This document shows, in pieces, positions 46,138-54,046 of a stretch of 64,000 bases of DNA (its first letter is position 1; every line of letters starts with the position of its first letter). A model generated the notes under the pieces. It searched no databases. It was given only the letters and a program-made list of their open reading frames with translations, and was not told the DNA's origin. The stretch comes from Acidimicrobiia bacterium (GTDB taxonomy: Bacteria; Actinomycetota; Acidimicrobiia; Acidimicrobiales; Aldehydirespiratoraceae), in the NCBI GenBank assembly GCA_022820805.1, contig JAJEEV010000013.1, positions 80,967 through 144,966 on the forward strand, given 5' to 3'. The translations under genes and the position numbers were made by a program.

Positions 46138-48218
46138 TATGGGCTCCTCTCCGCCACCAGGCTGCCGTCGGGGGCCACCTCGGCCCGCCAGCCGGAGCGG
46201 ATGACCGTGGTGGTCTCGCGTTCCTCCACGATGGCCGGCCCCGCGAACGCCGCTCCCACGCTCAGATCCTGCCGCCGGTACACGGGCACCACCAGCGGGT
46301 CGGCGCCCCGCTCGAACACTGCGGGCCGCCGCGCCACCGGCTCGACCGGTCCGCCGCCGGCGCCGGCCGCCACTTCGGGGGTCACGGCGGACTCCTCGGC
46401 GTAGGCCGACAGCCGCCAGGTCACGGCCTCGACCGGGACATCGGGAATGGTCATCCCGTAGATGCGCCGGTACTCCGCCTCGAAGCCCTCCAGTACCTCG
46501 GAGTCCGAGGCGGGCCACGACTCCCCGGTTCCCAGCCACACGGTGATCTCGTTCCCCTGCCCCGCGTACCGGGCGTCCAGCCCGTACCGGAACCGCACCT
46601 CGGCTTCGGGCACCCCGGCGGCCAGCAGCACCCTGCGGCCCTCGCCGCGGAGCTCGTCCAGCAGGCCGTCCCGCTCGGTGCCGTCGATGCCGTGCAGCAG
46701 CCGGGGCATGGACCGGGCCAGATCGATCCGCACCGGCGACACCAGCGTCCCGAACGCCGACAGCACGCTGGCGTTGGGCGGGAAGATGATCTTGTCGCTC
46801 TCGAGGAGATCGGCCACACCGCAGGCATGGACCGGTCCGGCGCCGCCGAAGGCGAGGATGGTCACGCCGCGCAGGTCCACACCCTGCTCGACCCCGTGCA
46901 TCCGGGCGGCCGCGGCCATGTTCTGGTCGACCACCTCGGAGATGCCGGCCGCAGTGTCCATGACCGGCAGCCCGAGTCCCGCCGCGGTGCGGGCGACCGC
47001 AGCATCGGCCGCGGCGCGGTCGAGCGGCATGTCCCCGCCCAGGAAGGCGTCGGGGTCGAGGAGGCCCAGCACCACGTCGGCGTCGGTCACGGCCGCCGTC
47101 GTGCCACCCCGGCCGTAGGACGCCGGACCCGGATCGGCGCCCGCGGACTCCGGGCCGACCTTGAGCAGGCCGAACCGGTCCAGGTGGGCCAGCGACCCCC
47201 CGCCTGCGCCGATCTCGACCAGATCCACCGACGGCACCGACACCGGGAAGCCCGATCCCTTCTTGAACCGGTAGATCCTGGCCACCTCGAAGGTGTTGGT
47301 CAGGGCCGGTTCGCCGTCGGTGATCATGCAGGCCTTGGCCGTGGTGCCGCCCATGTCGAAACAGAGCAGCCGCTCCGTTCCGAGCCGGTCGGCGTACCAC
47401 TTGCCGGCCAGTGCGCCGGCCGCCGGACCGGACTCCACCAGCCGGATCGGGCCCCTGGCCGCGTCGTCGGCCGACACCACGCCGCCGTTGGACAGCATCA
47501 TCAGCACCGACCCACCGAACCCCTCGGCCGCCAGCCACTTCTGCAGCTCGTCCAGGTAGGGGCCGATCACCGGCATGGTGGCCGCGTTGCACGCCGCGGT
47601 GATCATGCGGGGGTACTCGCGGATCTGTGGCGAGATCTCCGCCGAGATGCACACCGGCACGCCCAGATCCCTGCGCAGGCGGGCCGCCACCGCCTGCTCG
47701 TTGGCCGGGTTCACGTAGGAGTTGAGCAGGCACACCGCCACCGACTCGACGCCGGCCGCGGCCAGCTCGGAGCAGAGTCTCCCGAGATCCGCCTCGTCCG
47801 GCTCGGCCAGCACCGCGCCGGTTGCCGACGTGCGCTCGTCTATCTCGAAGGTGAGGTCCCGGCCGATGGGGGGATCCGGGAACTCGATCTGCAGGTCGTA
47901 CATGTCGTAGCGGTGCTCGTCGCGGATCAGCAACGTGTCGCCGAAACCGGTGGTCGTGACCAGCCCGGCCCGGCCCGTGCGTCCGGTGATCAGCGAGTTC
48001 GTGATCAGCGTGGTGGCGTGCACGATGGGTGCGGTGATGTCCGGCGGCGCCACGCCGGCCTTGGCCAGCAGGGCGGTGACCCCCGTCCTCACCCCTTCGA
48101 GGGGCGCCTCGGGGGTGGTGAGCGTCTTGTCCACCACGACCCGGCCGGAGGCGGCGTCGAGCAGCACGACATCGGTGAAGGTCCCCCCGATGTCGACAGC
48201 CAGCCGCCAGTCGGCCAT
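46137..48218 (-). CDS. Hydantoinase A / oxoprolinase family protein
   Basis: ATP-binding N-terminus WRLAVDIGGTFTDVVLLD and a second motif CFDMGGTTAKA. 693 aa. Confidence 0.92.
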   Translation of the reverse strand: MADWRLAVDIGGTFTDVVLLDAASGRVVVDKTLTTPEAPLEGVRTGVTALLAKAGVAPPDITAPIVHATTLITNSLITGRTGRAGLVTTTGFGDTLLIRDEHRYDMYDLQIEFPDPPIGRDLTFEIDERTSATGAVLAEPDEADLGRLCSELAAAGVESVAVCLLNSYVNPANEQAVAARLRRDLGVPVCISAEISPQIREYPRMITAACNAATMPVIGPYLDELQKWLAAEGFGGSVLMMLSNGGVVSADDAARGPIRLVESGPAAGALAGKWYADRLGTERLLCFDMGGTTAKACMITDGEPALTNTFEVARIYRFKKGSGFPVSVPSVDLVEIGAGGGSLAHLDRFGLLKVGPESAGADPGPASYGRGGTTAAVTDADVVLGLLDPDAFLGGDMPLDRAAADAAVARTAAGLGLPVMDTAAGISEVVDQNMAAAARMHGVEQGVDLRGVTILAFGGAGPVHACGVADLLESDKIIFPPNASVLSAFGTLVSPVRIDLARSMPRLLHGIDGTERDGLLDELRGEGRRVLLAAGVPEAEVRFRYGLDARYAGQGNEITVWLGTGESWPASDSEVLEGFEAEYRRIYGMTIPDVPVEAVTWRLSAYAEESAVTPEVAAGAGGGPVEPVARRPAVFERGADPLVVPVYRRQDLSVGAAFAGPAIVEERETTTVIRSGWRAEVAPDGSLVAERSP

Positions 48219-48227
48219 GGTCAGGAC

Positions 48228-48626
48228 TCAGCCGGTGGTGGCGAGGTCGGCCCGGGGCGGCGCGAACACGTCGAGGATCCAGCACTCCCCGTACGTCTCG
48301 TCCCCTATGAAGACCGAGTCGCCGTGCCACACCGATCGGGGCGCCAGGTAAGAGTCGCCCTCGCTGAGCACGATGCGCTCGTCGTTGTCGCCCTCGGGTC
48401 CGATGCGGAAGTCGAGCTTGCCCTTCATGATGATTCCGAGCTGCTCGTTCTCGGTGTGGTTGTGCAGCACCGACCCTGAGGCGCCGCCGGCGATGCGCCA
48501 GAAGCAGAACTGGAGGTGCTCGCCGGTGATGACCCGGTGCCTGAAGCCGGGACGGGCCGTCTCGACGAATGCGTCGTCGTCGAGGAAGTAGCAGTACGGG
48601 TTGCCGAGGCTTTCGGCGATGCTCAT
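48228..48626 (-). CDS. Cupin domain protein
   Basis: The ATG at 48626 gives MSIAESLG. Cupin motifs GSVLHNHTENEQLGIIMKG and SVWHGDS. Confidence 0.7.
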   Translation of the reverse strand: MSIAESLGNPYCYFLDDDAFVETARPGFRHRVITGEHLQFCFWRIAGGASGSVLHNHTENEQLGIIMKGKLDFRIGPEGDNDERIVLSEGDSYLAPRSVWHGDSVFIGDETYGECWILDVFAPPRADLATTG

Positions 48627-48649
48627 TGACGGTGCTCCTTCGTGTGCGC

Positions 48650-49123
48650 TCAGCCGAGCGCTGCGATACGCGCTCTGTCGGCATCGAGGTCGAGGGGGCG
48701 GATGATGGCCTGATGCTCCTCGTCGCCCCAGTACTGCGGAGGCACCAGCCACATGACCTCGAACTCCAGGCCGTCGGGATCCTTGGCGTACAGGCTCTTG
48801 TTGGGTCCGTGGTCGCTCTGGCCGACCAGGGCCCGGGCCGAGATCAGCCGGTCGCGCATTTCGGCCAGCTCGTCGAGACTGCCCACCTCCCAGGCGATGT
48901 GGTAGAGGCCGACCGTGCTGCGCCCGGCCTCAGAAGCGCCGGCGGACTCACCGATCGAGAAGAAGACGATGTCGTGGTGATTCTGCGAGCCTGGGGCCCG
49001 CATGAAGACGTAGGCGCCGGGCCCGTCTATCACCGTGGTGAAGCCGAGCACGTCGGCGTAGAACTCCTGATGACGGCGGGCGTCGCGTACATACAGGACG
49101 GCGTGGTTCATTCCCGAGATCAT
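48650..49123 (-). CDS. VOC (glyoxalase/bleomycin-resistance/extradiol dioxygenase) family protein
   Basis: MNHAVLYVRDARRHQEFYADVLGF and the second module LYHIAWEV... Confidence 0.85.
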   Translation of the reverse strand: MISGMNHAVLYVRDARRHQEFYADVLGFTTVIDGPGAYVFMRAPGSQNHHDIVFFSIGESAGASEAGRSTVGLYHIAWEVGSLDELAEMRDRLISARALVGQSDHGPNKSLYAKDPDGLEFEVMWLVPPQYWGDEEHQAIIRPLDLDADRARIAALG

Positions 49124-49226
49124 CGTTGCCCGCCCCTCAGAGCCGAAGCCATGGACCTGAGTGACGATACGCCCGGCCGGTCATCTCGGCAAAGCCCGGC
49201 CCGGGCCGCGCCGCCGGCTCATTCGG

Positions 49227-49991
49227 CTAGTTGATGTGGCGGGCCGGGCACCAGTTGAAGTCGGTGAGGACCAGCCGGCGCGACACCGGCCCGAAGGCCG
49301 TGACGGAGGCGAGGCTCACCCGCAGGCGCATGATCATCTCAGCGCCGCCGCCGAGCAGCCACACCACGGCCGATTTGATGGGGGTGGCGTGGGTCACCAC
49401 CAGAATGTTGCTCGTCGTGGCCTCCTCGGCGAGCTCCGCCACCGCCTCCCCGACCCGCCCGTGCAGGCAGGCCATCGACTCGCCCCCGGGCGGCATGTAG
49501 GATATGTCGGAGGCCCACGCCGCCCCGAGCTCGGCCATGACTTCGGAGATCCGGCGGTCGTCATAGGCACCGAAGTCGATCTCCATCCACCGGTCGTCGA
49601 CCGTGGTCGGCGCATCGGCCAGACCAGCCGCCCGCGCCGTCTGCTGGGTGCGACGGCGCGACGACACCACCACCCGGTCCACCGGCCAGCGCTCCCGCAG
49701 AGCCTCCCCCACCAGTGCAGACTGCTCGAGACCGACCTCGTCGAGAGGCGAGTCGAACTGGCCCTGGAGCCGCGCCTGGGCGTTGTTGGGCGTTCGGCCG
49801 TGACGCAGGAGGATCAGGATGAACCGATGGTAGATGGCGGAGTCGTGGCTCGCCCCGCCCCCGCGCGGCGACGGCCGTACCGGCCCTGATGGCCCGCGGT
49901 TCGTCGCGAACTGCCTGACAGTGGCAATAATCGGGGCATGGCATCCGTGGCCGGCGCCGATCCCGACCCTGGCAGAGAGCGCATAGAACAT
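49227..49991 (-). CDS. Histidine phosphatase (phosphoglycerate-mutase-like) family protein; start unresolved
   Basis: RHG motif ILILLRHGRTPNN and a second His in LVVTHATPIK. The only in-frame ATG/GTG/TTG upstream of RHG is the ATG at 49991. That start adds ~60 non-family residues and overlaps the divergent regulator's annotated start. Confidence 0.65.
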   Translation of the reverse strand: MFYALSARVGIGAGHGCHAPIIATVRQFATNRGPSGPVRPSPRGGGASHDSAIYHRFILILLRHGRTPNNAQARLQGQFDSPLDEVGLEQSALVGEALRERWPVDRVVVSSRRRTQQTARAAGLADAPTTVDDRWMEIDFGAYDDRRISEVMAELGAAWASDISYMPPGGESMACLHGRVGEAVAELAEEATTSNILVVTHATPIKSAVVWLLGGGAEMIMRLRVSLASVTAFGPVSRRLVLTDFNWCPARHIN

Positions 49992-50618
49992 CGGCTCAGC
50001 GAGGCTCTCGGCTCGCCGGTCTCCGCCGCGGAGCTGTGCCGGGTGGTGGGCAGCCGGGTCCGGGAGCTGCGCCAGGCGATGAACATGACGATGTCGGCCT
50101 TCGCCGCGGAGGCCGACATCTCGCTGGGGATGCTCTCCAAGATCGAGCACGGCCAGAGCGCGCCGAGCCTGTCGACGCTGGTGCGGCTGGCCGCGACGGC
50201 GCGGGTGCCGGTCACCGCGCTGTTCAGAGGACTCGACGAGGAGCACGACCTGGTGATCGTGAGATCCGGCGAGGGCCACGAGATCCACCACCAGGGCGGC
50301 GGCCCCGGTCGGCTCTACCAGGACCTCGGCACCCTGCGCGGCCCCAACCGGGTGATCGAGCCGATGATCACCACCATCACCGAGCCGGGCGGCGTCTTCC
50401 CGCTCTACCAGCATCCCGGCGTCGAGTTCCTGCACGTGCTCGAGGGATGCCTGGACTACGGCTACGGCGGGACCGCCTACCGCCTGAACGCGGGCGACAC
50501 CATGCAGATCCACGGCGAGGTGGCCCACGGTCCGGTCGAGCTGGTGCAGTTGCCGATCCGGTTCATCTCAATAAAGGTGTACCCGGCCACCGAGCCGCGG
50601 GCCGCGGCAGGAGGATGA
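49938..50618 (+). CDS. XRE-family HTH transcriptional regulator with C-terminal cupin sensor domain
   Basis: HTH region VGSRVRELRQAMNMTMSAFAAEADISLGMLSKIEHG. Cupin region YQHPGVEFLHVLEG...MQIHGEVAHG. The GTG at 50043 is an alternative start that removes the overlap with the phosphatase gene. Confidence 0.85.
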   Translation: MASVAGADPDPGRERIEHRLSEALGSPVSAAELCRVVGSRVRELRQAMNMTMSAFAAEADISLGMLSKIEHGQSAPSLSTLVRLAATARVPVTALFRGLDEEHDLVIVRSGEGHEIHHQGGGPGRLYQDLGTLRGPNRVIEPMITTITEPGGVFPLYQHPGVEFLHVLEGCLDYGYGGTAYRLNAGDTMQIHGEVAHGPVELVQLPIRFISIKVYPATEPRAAAGG

Positions 50619-50664
50619 ACGCCATGGGGCTCCTGTCCCTCTCCGCCAGGACCAGGGTGAAACT

Positions 50665-50892
50665 GTGGGCCTGCTGATCGTCGTCGACTGGATCAGCGAC
50701 ACCGGCGGTGCCCGCAGCAACATCGTCCTCTGGATCATGCTGGCCGCGGCCGTGGGTCTCACGGTCTGGGAGTGCCGCGAGCGGGGCTACCGGACCATGG
50801 TGCTGTTGTGGTGGGTTAGCTTCGTGGCCATCACCCATGTGTTAGGATACATCATCCTGCGCTTCTTCGTCCGCCCGCCCCGCGGGGACTGA
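50665..50892 (+). CDS. Small two-TM membrane protein (hypothetical)
   Basis: GTG start and a GC3-rich frame. Hydrophobic segments IVLWIMLAAAVGLTVW and MVLLWWVSFVAITHVLGYIIL. Confidence 0.5.
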   Translation: MGLLIVVDWISDTGGARSNIVLWIMLAAAVGLTVWECRERGYRTMVLLWWVSFVAITHVLGYIILRFFVRPPRGD

Positions 50893-50894
50893 CC

Positions 50895-51308
50895 ATGCCC
50901 CTCCTGCCAGCGCGGCCAGACCCTGAACCGGCCGGCGGGCGGCCGACCAACCCATTCATGCGGTTGGTCAGGCTGCCAGGGCGCACCAAGCTGCTCATAG
51001 CGCTCGGGGTGCTGCTGGTGGTCATCTTTGCAACCCGGAGCTGCTCGGGCGTGGACATCACCCAGGAGGAGGCGATCGCGGCCGCCCGCACCGCGCTGGC
51101 GGCCCACCCGGACGCGTTCGAGCCCGCCAGGGTCGAGGCCAAGGTGCTGCGCCAGGGCTTCCCGCCCGATCCCGTGTGGGTCGTGGTGCTAACCGTCGCC
51201 GATCCCGACGGCAGTTCCGAGGACTTCCTTCACCACGCCGGGATCTGGGTGGACGCCAAGACGGCCCAAGTCCGCCAGATCGACATCAGCGGCTCCGCCC
51301 AGGGCTAG
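50895..51308 (+). CDS. Membrane-anchored PepSY-like domain protein (hypothetical)
   Basis: One TM (LLIALGVLLVVIF), then ITQEEAIAAARTAL...GIWVDAKTAQVRQIDISG, which resembles PepSY-type domains. It starts 2 nt after the previous stop. Confidence 0.5.
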   Translation: MPLLPARPDPEPAGGRPTNPFMRLVRLPGRTKLLIALGVLLVVIFATRSCSGVDITQEEAIAAARTALAAHPDAFEPARVEAKVLRQGFPPDPVWVVVLTVADPDGSSEDFLHHAGIWVDAKTAQVRQIDISGSAQG

Positions 51309-51337
51309 CGCCTCCCCTCGGCCCGCTGGCGCGGGAT

Positions 51338-51430
51338 GTTTCCCGCTCTTGTTCGCTGCGCTCACGGGCCGCTCGGGCCACGGCCTCGCCCGTTTGGAGC
51401 GAATTCGCTCGCCTACCCGCTCGGCCTCGG
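51338..51430 (+). repeat. Intergenic repeat element, copy 3 (~93 bp)
   Basis: Invariant core at 51354-51389. The 3' part diverges and contains the perfect palindrome gagcgaattcgctc (51397-51410). It lies upstream of amt. Confidence 0.85.
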
Positions 51431-51569
51431 TCGCGAATCTGAGGAAAGGATCGCGAACGCTCGGAAAGGTCTCACGGGCCCGAAGAGAACCGGCCGCAAC
51501 GACTGTGCTACTGTTTGCGGATTCCGGCCTGACCGGTCGGAACGGACAAGAGGAATTGGGGGTGAGTCA

Positions 51570-52958
51570 ATGAGCACAGCTATTGTGTTCACTGAGGCTT
51601 ACTACTTCTTCACTGTCGCGCTCATGTGGTTCTTGCACGTGGGCTTCATGACATATGAAGCCGGTGTATCACGGCGCAAGAACATCATGTCAACGGCAAT
51701 GAAGAACATCATGACGATAGCCGTCGTCACGCCGACGTTCTACTATTTCGGCTGGTACGTGTACTTCTGCATGCAGGAGGGCCTCAAGTTCACGGTGTCG
51801 GCCAACGGAGGCAGCCCCGCAGGACTTGAGGGGCTCTACTTCTGCGGCGACGGCTACGGACTGCCGTGGGACGGCTCCGCAGGACCGAACCTCGGCGACA
51901 ACATCACCGGCGTGTTCTGGGCGGCATTCGTGCTGTTCTCCTGGACCACCGGATCCATCATGTCGGGCGCGGTGCTGGAGCGCATCCGCATCTCGGCCTA
52001 CCTCTGGCTGACCGCCCTGATGGGCGGCATCGTGTGGGTCGTCGCGGCGGCCTGGGGCTGGAGCTACGGAGGCTGGTTGACGGTTCATTTCGGCTACCAC
52101 GACTTCGCGGCGTCCGGCGTGGTCCACGGCATCTCGGGCATCTTCGCTCTGGGCGTGCTGTTGAACCTCGGACCGAGGATCGGGCGGTACGATGCCGACG
52201 GCAACGCGAGAACGTTCAAACCCCACAACGTGCACATGACACTGATGGGGCTGATGATCATCTTCTCGGCGTTCTACGCGTTCTACGCGGCGTGCCTGGC
52301 GATCACCGCCGACACCACTCCGGGTTGGGCCAACATCTACTTCAGCCCGACCACGCTGTCGGCCATCACCTACACCATCACCATGGGCTTCGCGGGCGGC
52401 TTCGCCGGCGGCTACATCTTCTCGCGGGGAGATCCCTTCTGGACCATTTCCGGAGGCCTCGCCGGTGTTGTGACCGTCTCGGCAGGAGCCGACATCTACA
52501 GCCCGAACCTGGTCCTGGTCCTCGCCTTCGTCTCGGCCGGGATCGCCTTCCACGTCGGCAACTGGTTCGACACGAAGGCCCGCATCGACGATGCGGTAGG
52601 GGCGGTGACCGTCCACGGCGTGATGGGCTTCATCGGTGTGATCTGCGTCGGCATCTTCGCAGCCGGGTACCCGACCGGTCCGGCCGGCGTGGAGACCAGC
52701 TTCCTGGGCCAGCTCGTCGGAGCTACCGCTCTGATACCGCTGGCGTTCTTCACGGGTTACATCGCCTCGTGGATCCTCAAGAAACTGAACCTCTTGAGGG
52801 TGCCGGCCGAGGTCGAGGTCGAGGGCCTCGACATGGCCGAGTACGGCATGGACTTCTTCCCGGAGCACGGCCGAGCCGACGAGACGATCATCCAGGCCGA
52901 CGGCACCGAAGTGGTCTCTGCGGGCGTCCTGCAGGGCGACTTCAACTCCAACCGCTAG
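51570..52958 (+). CDS. amt: Ammonium (possibly methylammonium) transporter, Amt/MEP/Rh family
   Basis: ATG at 51570 inside track ORF 51336... Family motifs LHVGFMTYEAGVSRRKN and DFAASGVVHGISGIFALGVLLNLGPRIGRY. About 11 TM segments. Confidence 0.92.
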   Translation: MSTAIVFTEAYYFFTVALMWFLHVGFMTYEAGVSRRKNIMSTAMKNIMTIAVVTPTFYYFGWYVYFCMQEGLKFTVSANGGSPAGLEGLYFCGDGYGLPWDGSAGPNLGDNITGVFWAAFVLFSWTTGSIMSGAVLERIRISAYLWLTALMGGIVWVVAAAWGWSYGGWLTVHFGYHDFAASGVVHGISGIFALGVLLNLGPRIGRYDADGNARTFKPHNVHMTLMGLMIIFSAFYAFYAACLAITADTTPGWANIYFSPTTLSAITYTITMGFAGGFAGGYIFSRGDPFWTISGGLAGVVTVSAGADIYSPNLVLVLAFVSAGIAFHVGNWFDTKARIDDAVGAVTVHGVMGFIGVICVGIFAAGYPTGPAGVETSFLGQLVGATALIPLAFFTGYIASWILKKLNLLRVPAEVEVEGLDMAEYGMDFFPEHGRADETIIQADGTEVVSAGVLQGDFNSNR

Positions 52959-53116
52959 CGCCGGGTGTCCGCCTCATGGCTGCAGTTCGCAGGCGCCGTG
53001 GCCCTCATGTACGCGGTGGTCCTCGCCGCCGGGTACTGGGGCAAGCGCAAGCGTACACAGCAGCAGGAGGCGCACCAACGCAACGACCGACTTCGTTCAC
53101 GTAACAGGAGGACTGA

Positions 53117-53341
53117 ATGAACACCTTCCCATACGACAGCTGGGAGGCCGCGCTGGAAGCAGCGGACGGCACCACCGGGTACTTCACCTGGGGACCCGGC
53201 GGCAACACTGGCTCGGTGGTCCTGGCCATCCTCGGCATCGCCGTCTCGGTGGTGATGGCCGTGATGATTACCGCCCGCGAGAACAAGATTCTCAACGACG
53301 CGGCTGACCAGCTCGCCGACAAGTACAACTCGGAGGGCTGA
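53117..53341 (+). CDS. Small single-TM protein (hypothetical)
   Basis: Strong AGGAGGA RBS and a GC3-rich frame. TM segment VVLAILGIAVSVVMAVMI. Confidence 0.6.
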   Translation: MNTFPYDSWEAALEAADGTTGYFTWGPGGNTGSVVLAILGIAVSVVMAVMITARENKILNDAADQLADKYNSEG

Positions 53342-53342
53342 C

Positions 53343-53465
53343 ATGGCCAACAAGCAGTTTGAGCTCAAGGGCAAGCAGGGCCACGACAAGGGCATCGAGA
53401 TGGCCATTGTCGTTGTCTGCCTGGCCATGGTCGTCTTCACGATCATCGCCATCCAGGCTCTCTGA
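53343..53465 (+). CDS. 40-aa micro membrane protein (hypothetical; below the ORF-track cutoff)
   Basis: My own reading: the ATG at 53343, 1 nt after the previous stop and preceded by GGAGGG, gives MANKQFELKGKQGHDKGIEMAIVVVCLAMVVFTIIAIQAL, with the stop at 53463-53465. Confidence 0.42.
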   Translation: MANKQFELKGKQGHDKGIEMAIVVVCLAMVVFTIIAIQAL

Positions 53466-53490
53466 CGACTGACTCACCCCAATCAAGGCA

Positions 53491-53529
53491 GGCTGGCGCC
53501 GCGTCGTCCATGACGATGCGGCGCCAGCC
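53491..53529 (+). terminator. Very stable 18-bp hairpin ending the amt / small-gene unit
   Basis: ggctggcgccgcgtcgtc / cat / gacgatgcggcgccagcc. It has 12 perfect GC-rich bp plus 6 more with one G-U, 26 nt after the stop at 53465. No U-tract. Confidence 0.55.
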
Positions 53530-53566
53530 CCTGCATTCAGGGATTTGACCTGATTGACCTGCGGCT

Positions 53567-53980
53567 GTGAACCTCCCACGTAAGCGGATCGCCCAGGTGT
53601 GCGGGGCCGTCGCGGCCCTGACGACGTTCCTGCCGTGGCAGACGACCGCCGGAGCCAGCGGCGCGGAATCGGTGGCCGGCACCAGCACCAGCGCGGGACA
53701 GCTCGTCCTGGTCGTGTGCCTCGTCACGGTCGGGCTGGTGCAGGTGGGCTGGCGGCCCGCGTGGATCGGTGCCGGCTTCGGGGCCGCCACCGCGATCCGC
53801 GAGCTGTTCGACCGCGAGGCCGACCCCGCGTGGGGTCTCGGCGTAGTGATCGCCGCCTGTGTTGTGGCCACGGTCCTGCTGGTCTGGGACATGTTCGCCA
53901 ACGTCGCCGGTCCGGGCGACGACCCCGGCGGGCCCGGAGGACGGGGACTGTCGGGACCCCTGGGCCGGCGCCGAGGCTGA
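53567..53980 (+). CDS. Hypothetical polytopic membrane protein
   Basis: Track ORF with a GTG start. Hydrophobic segments VCGAVAALTTFLPW, LVLVVCLVTVGLV and GVVIAACVVATVLLVW, with a Gly/Pro/Arg tail. Confidence 0.42.
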   Translation: MNLPRKRIAQVCGAVAALTTFLPWQTTAGASGAESVAGTSTSAGQLVLVVCLVTVGLVQVGWRPAWIGAGFGAATAIRELFDREADPAWGLGVVIAACVVATVLLVWDMFANVAGPGDDPGGPGGRGLSGPLGRRRG

Positions 53981-54046
53981 ATCTGTTGCACCGGTGAGAC
54001 TCCGCCGCGAGACTGGCTGGAGCGCACACACTCTCGGGAGGCGGCC

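Noticed and set aside
44500-48684. 1394-aa ORF suggesting a giant fusion protein.
   Set aside because: Only the last 545 residues (from the GTG at 46137) look like a real protein (hydantoinase B). The upstream part is an out-of-frame read through the hydantoinase A and cupin genes, which have their own strong frames.
53530-53566. Tandem TTGACCTG motifs as a promoter for the 53567 ORF.
   Set aside because: No acceptable -10 element lies at 16-18 nt from either TTGACC before the proposed GTG start. I left it uncalled.
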